A stretch of 35,527 nt of DNA from a virus (taxonomy: Duplodnaviria > Caudoviricetes), in IMG/VR virus record IMGVR_UViG_3300025470_000048, positions 1 to 35,527 of that record. The stretch is one strand, 5' to 3'. The notes beneath the pieces were generated by a model that was given only the letters and a program-made list of their open reading frames with translations, searched no databases and was not told the origin of the DNA. Made by a program: the position numbers and the translations under genes. This document shows positions 34,943 through 35,527 of the stretch, in pieces. Numbering within the stretch: the first letter of the stretch is position 1; every line of letters starts with the position of its first letter.

Positions 34943-35527
34943 TAACACTCTCCGTATGTATGTCCCCACTTCGCTTCGCAAGCGACGGGCAGACCCTCTG
35001 CCCAATCCGGTGGAGTAGACATGCACTCAATGATCCATTGCAGCGCAGCATCTTTCTCATCCTCGGATACCACGCACACTACCGCGTCATGAACGGTCAA
35101 TGCAACAGAATACCTCTCGGCTACTCTAAGCATCTGATGTCCAACGATAATGCGCGCGAGGGCTTGGACGATGTTCTCGACCATCGCGCCACCCCAGATG
35201 TTGACGGGGCCGCGCCGCGAGTCATAGATCATCCGATCGTCGTTGCCGAGCCGCAGTTTCGGGTAGCGAATATACAGGCCGTTGGGCAGCTGAATGCCCG
35301 TGTCGGTATCCACCCATACGGCGTTGACTCCGTTGGAGTTTGTGCGTCCAAGGCGAATGTGAGCCGACTCGCTGTACATCATTTGACGCAGCGCAGCATC
35401 ACAGTCGCTCCACAGTTCGGGGATGCGGTAGTTGAGTCCTCGGTACAGCGCGACGGTATCTTTGCACTCGCGTTCGTTCAGCACGGCACCGCCCTGTGCG
35501 AGGGTCTGCTGTAATTTCTTGGCACCA
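34942..35527 (-). CDS. DNA polymerase family A, C-terminal part (5'-truncated by window edge)
   Basis: Frame is open to the window end (GAKKLQQTLAQGGAVLNE...); LPNGLYIRYP, ENIVQALAR, motif C LTVHDAVV, PDWAEGLPVACE. Confidence 0.88.
   Translation of the reverse strand, partial: GAKKLQQTLAQGGAVLNERECKDTVALYRGLNYRIPELWSDCDAALRQMMYSESAHIRLGRTNSNGVNAVWVDTDTGIQLPNGLYIRYPKLRLGNDDRMIYDSRRGPVNIWGGAMVENIVQALARIIVGHQMLRVAERYSVALTVHDAVVCVVSEDEKDAALQWIIECMSTPPDWAEGLPVACEAKWGHTYGEC

Noticed and set aside
1-35527. tRNA, rRNA, integrase/att sites, RNA polymerase, terminase, portal or capsid genes
   Set aside because: None recognised; intergenic gaps are too short for structured RNA genes, and the head-packaging genes presumably lie outside the window.

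Overview
The whole window reads as part of a tailed dsDNA bacteriophage genome, most likely with a short (podovirus-like) tail, in the standard genetic code; no host genes are evident. The + strand (1-27505) is the late/virion arm. It carries the end of a tail-fibre-like gene, a holin-like gene, a cluster of very basic Lys/His-rich small proteins, head-tail adaptor-like genes, a variable block of beta-rich and repeat proteins, a tail fibre with a Gly-rich tip protein, a holin plus GH24 lysozyme, a tail nozzle-like protein, and a block of probable internal (ejected) virion proteins around a GNAT acyltransferase. The - strand (27502-35527) is the replication arm: family A DNA polymerase (partial), PD-(D/E)XK nuclease, HNH-like protein, SNF2 helicase, SSB-like protein, HTH protein, an intrinsic terminator and a primase-helicase. 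Terminase, portal and capsid genes are not in the window. Two signals stand out. (1) A short peptide motif, approximately [FYM]-[AKR]-x-G-G-x-[VI], recurs about 20 times across seven otherwise unrelated virion-arm proteins, suggesting a shared processing or capsid-loading signal. (2) The GNAT gene is flanked on both sides by genes whose products begin Met-Cys-Gly-Gly, suggesting phage-encoded N-terminal acylation of ejection proteins. All product calls come from motifs recognised by eye; no searches were run.
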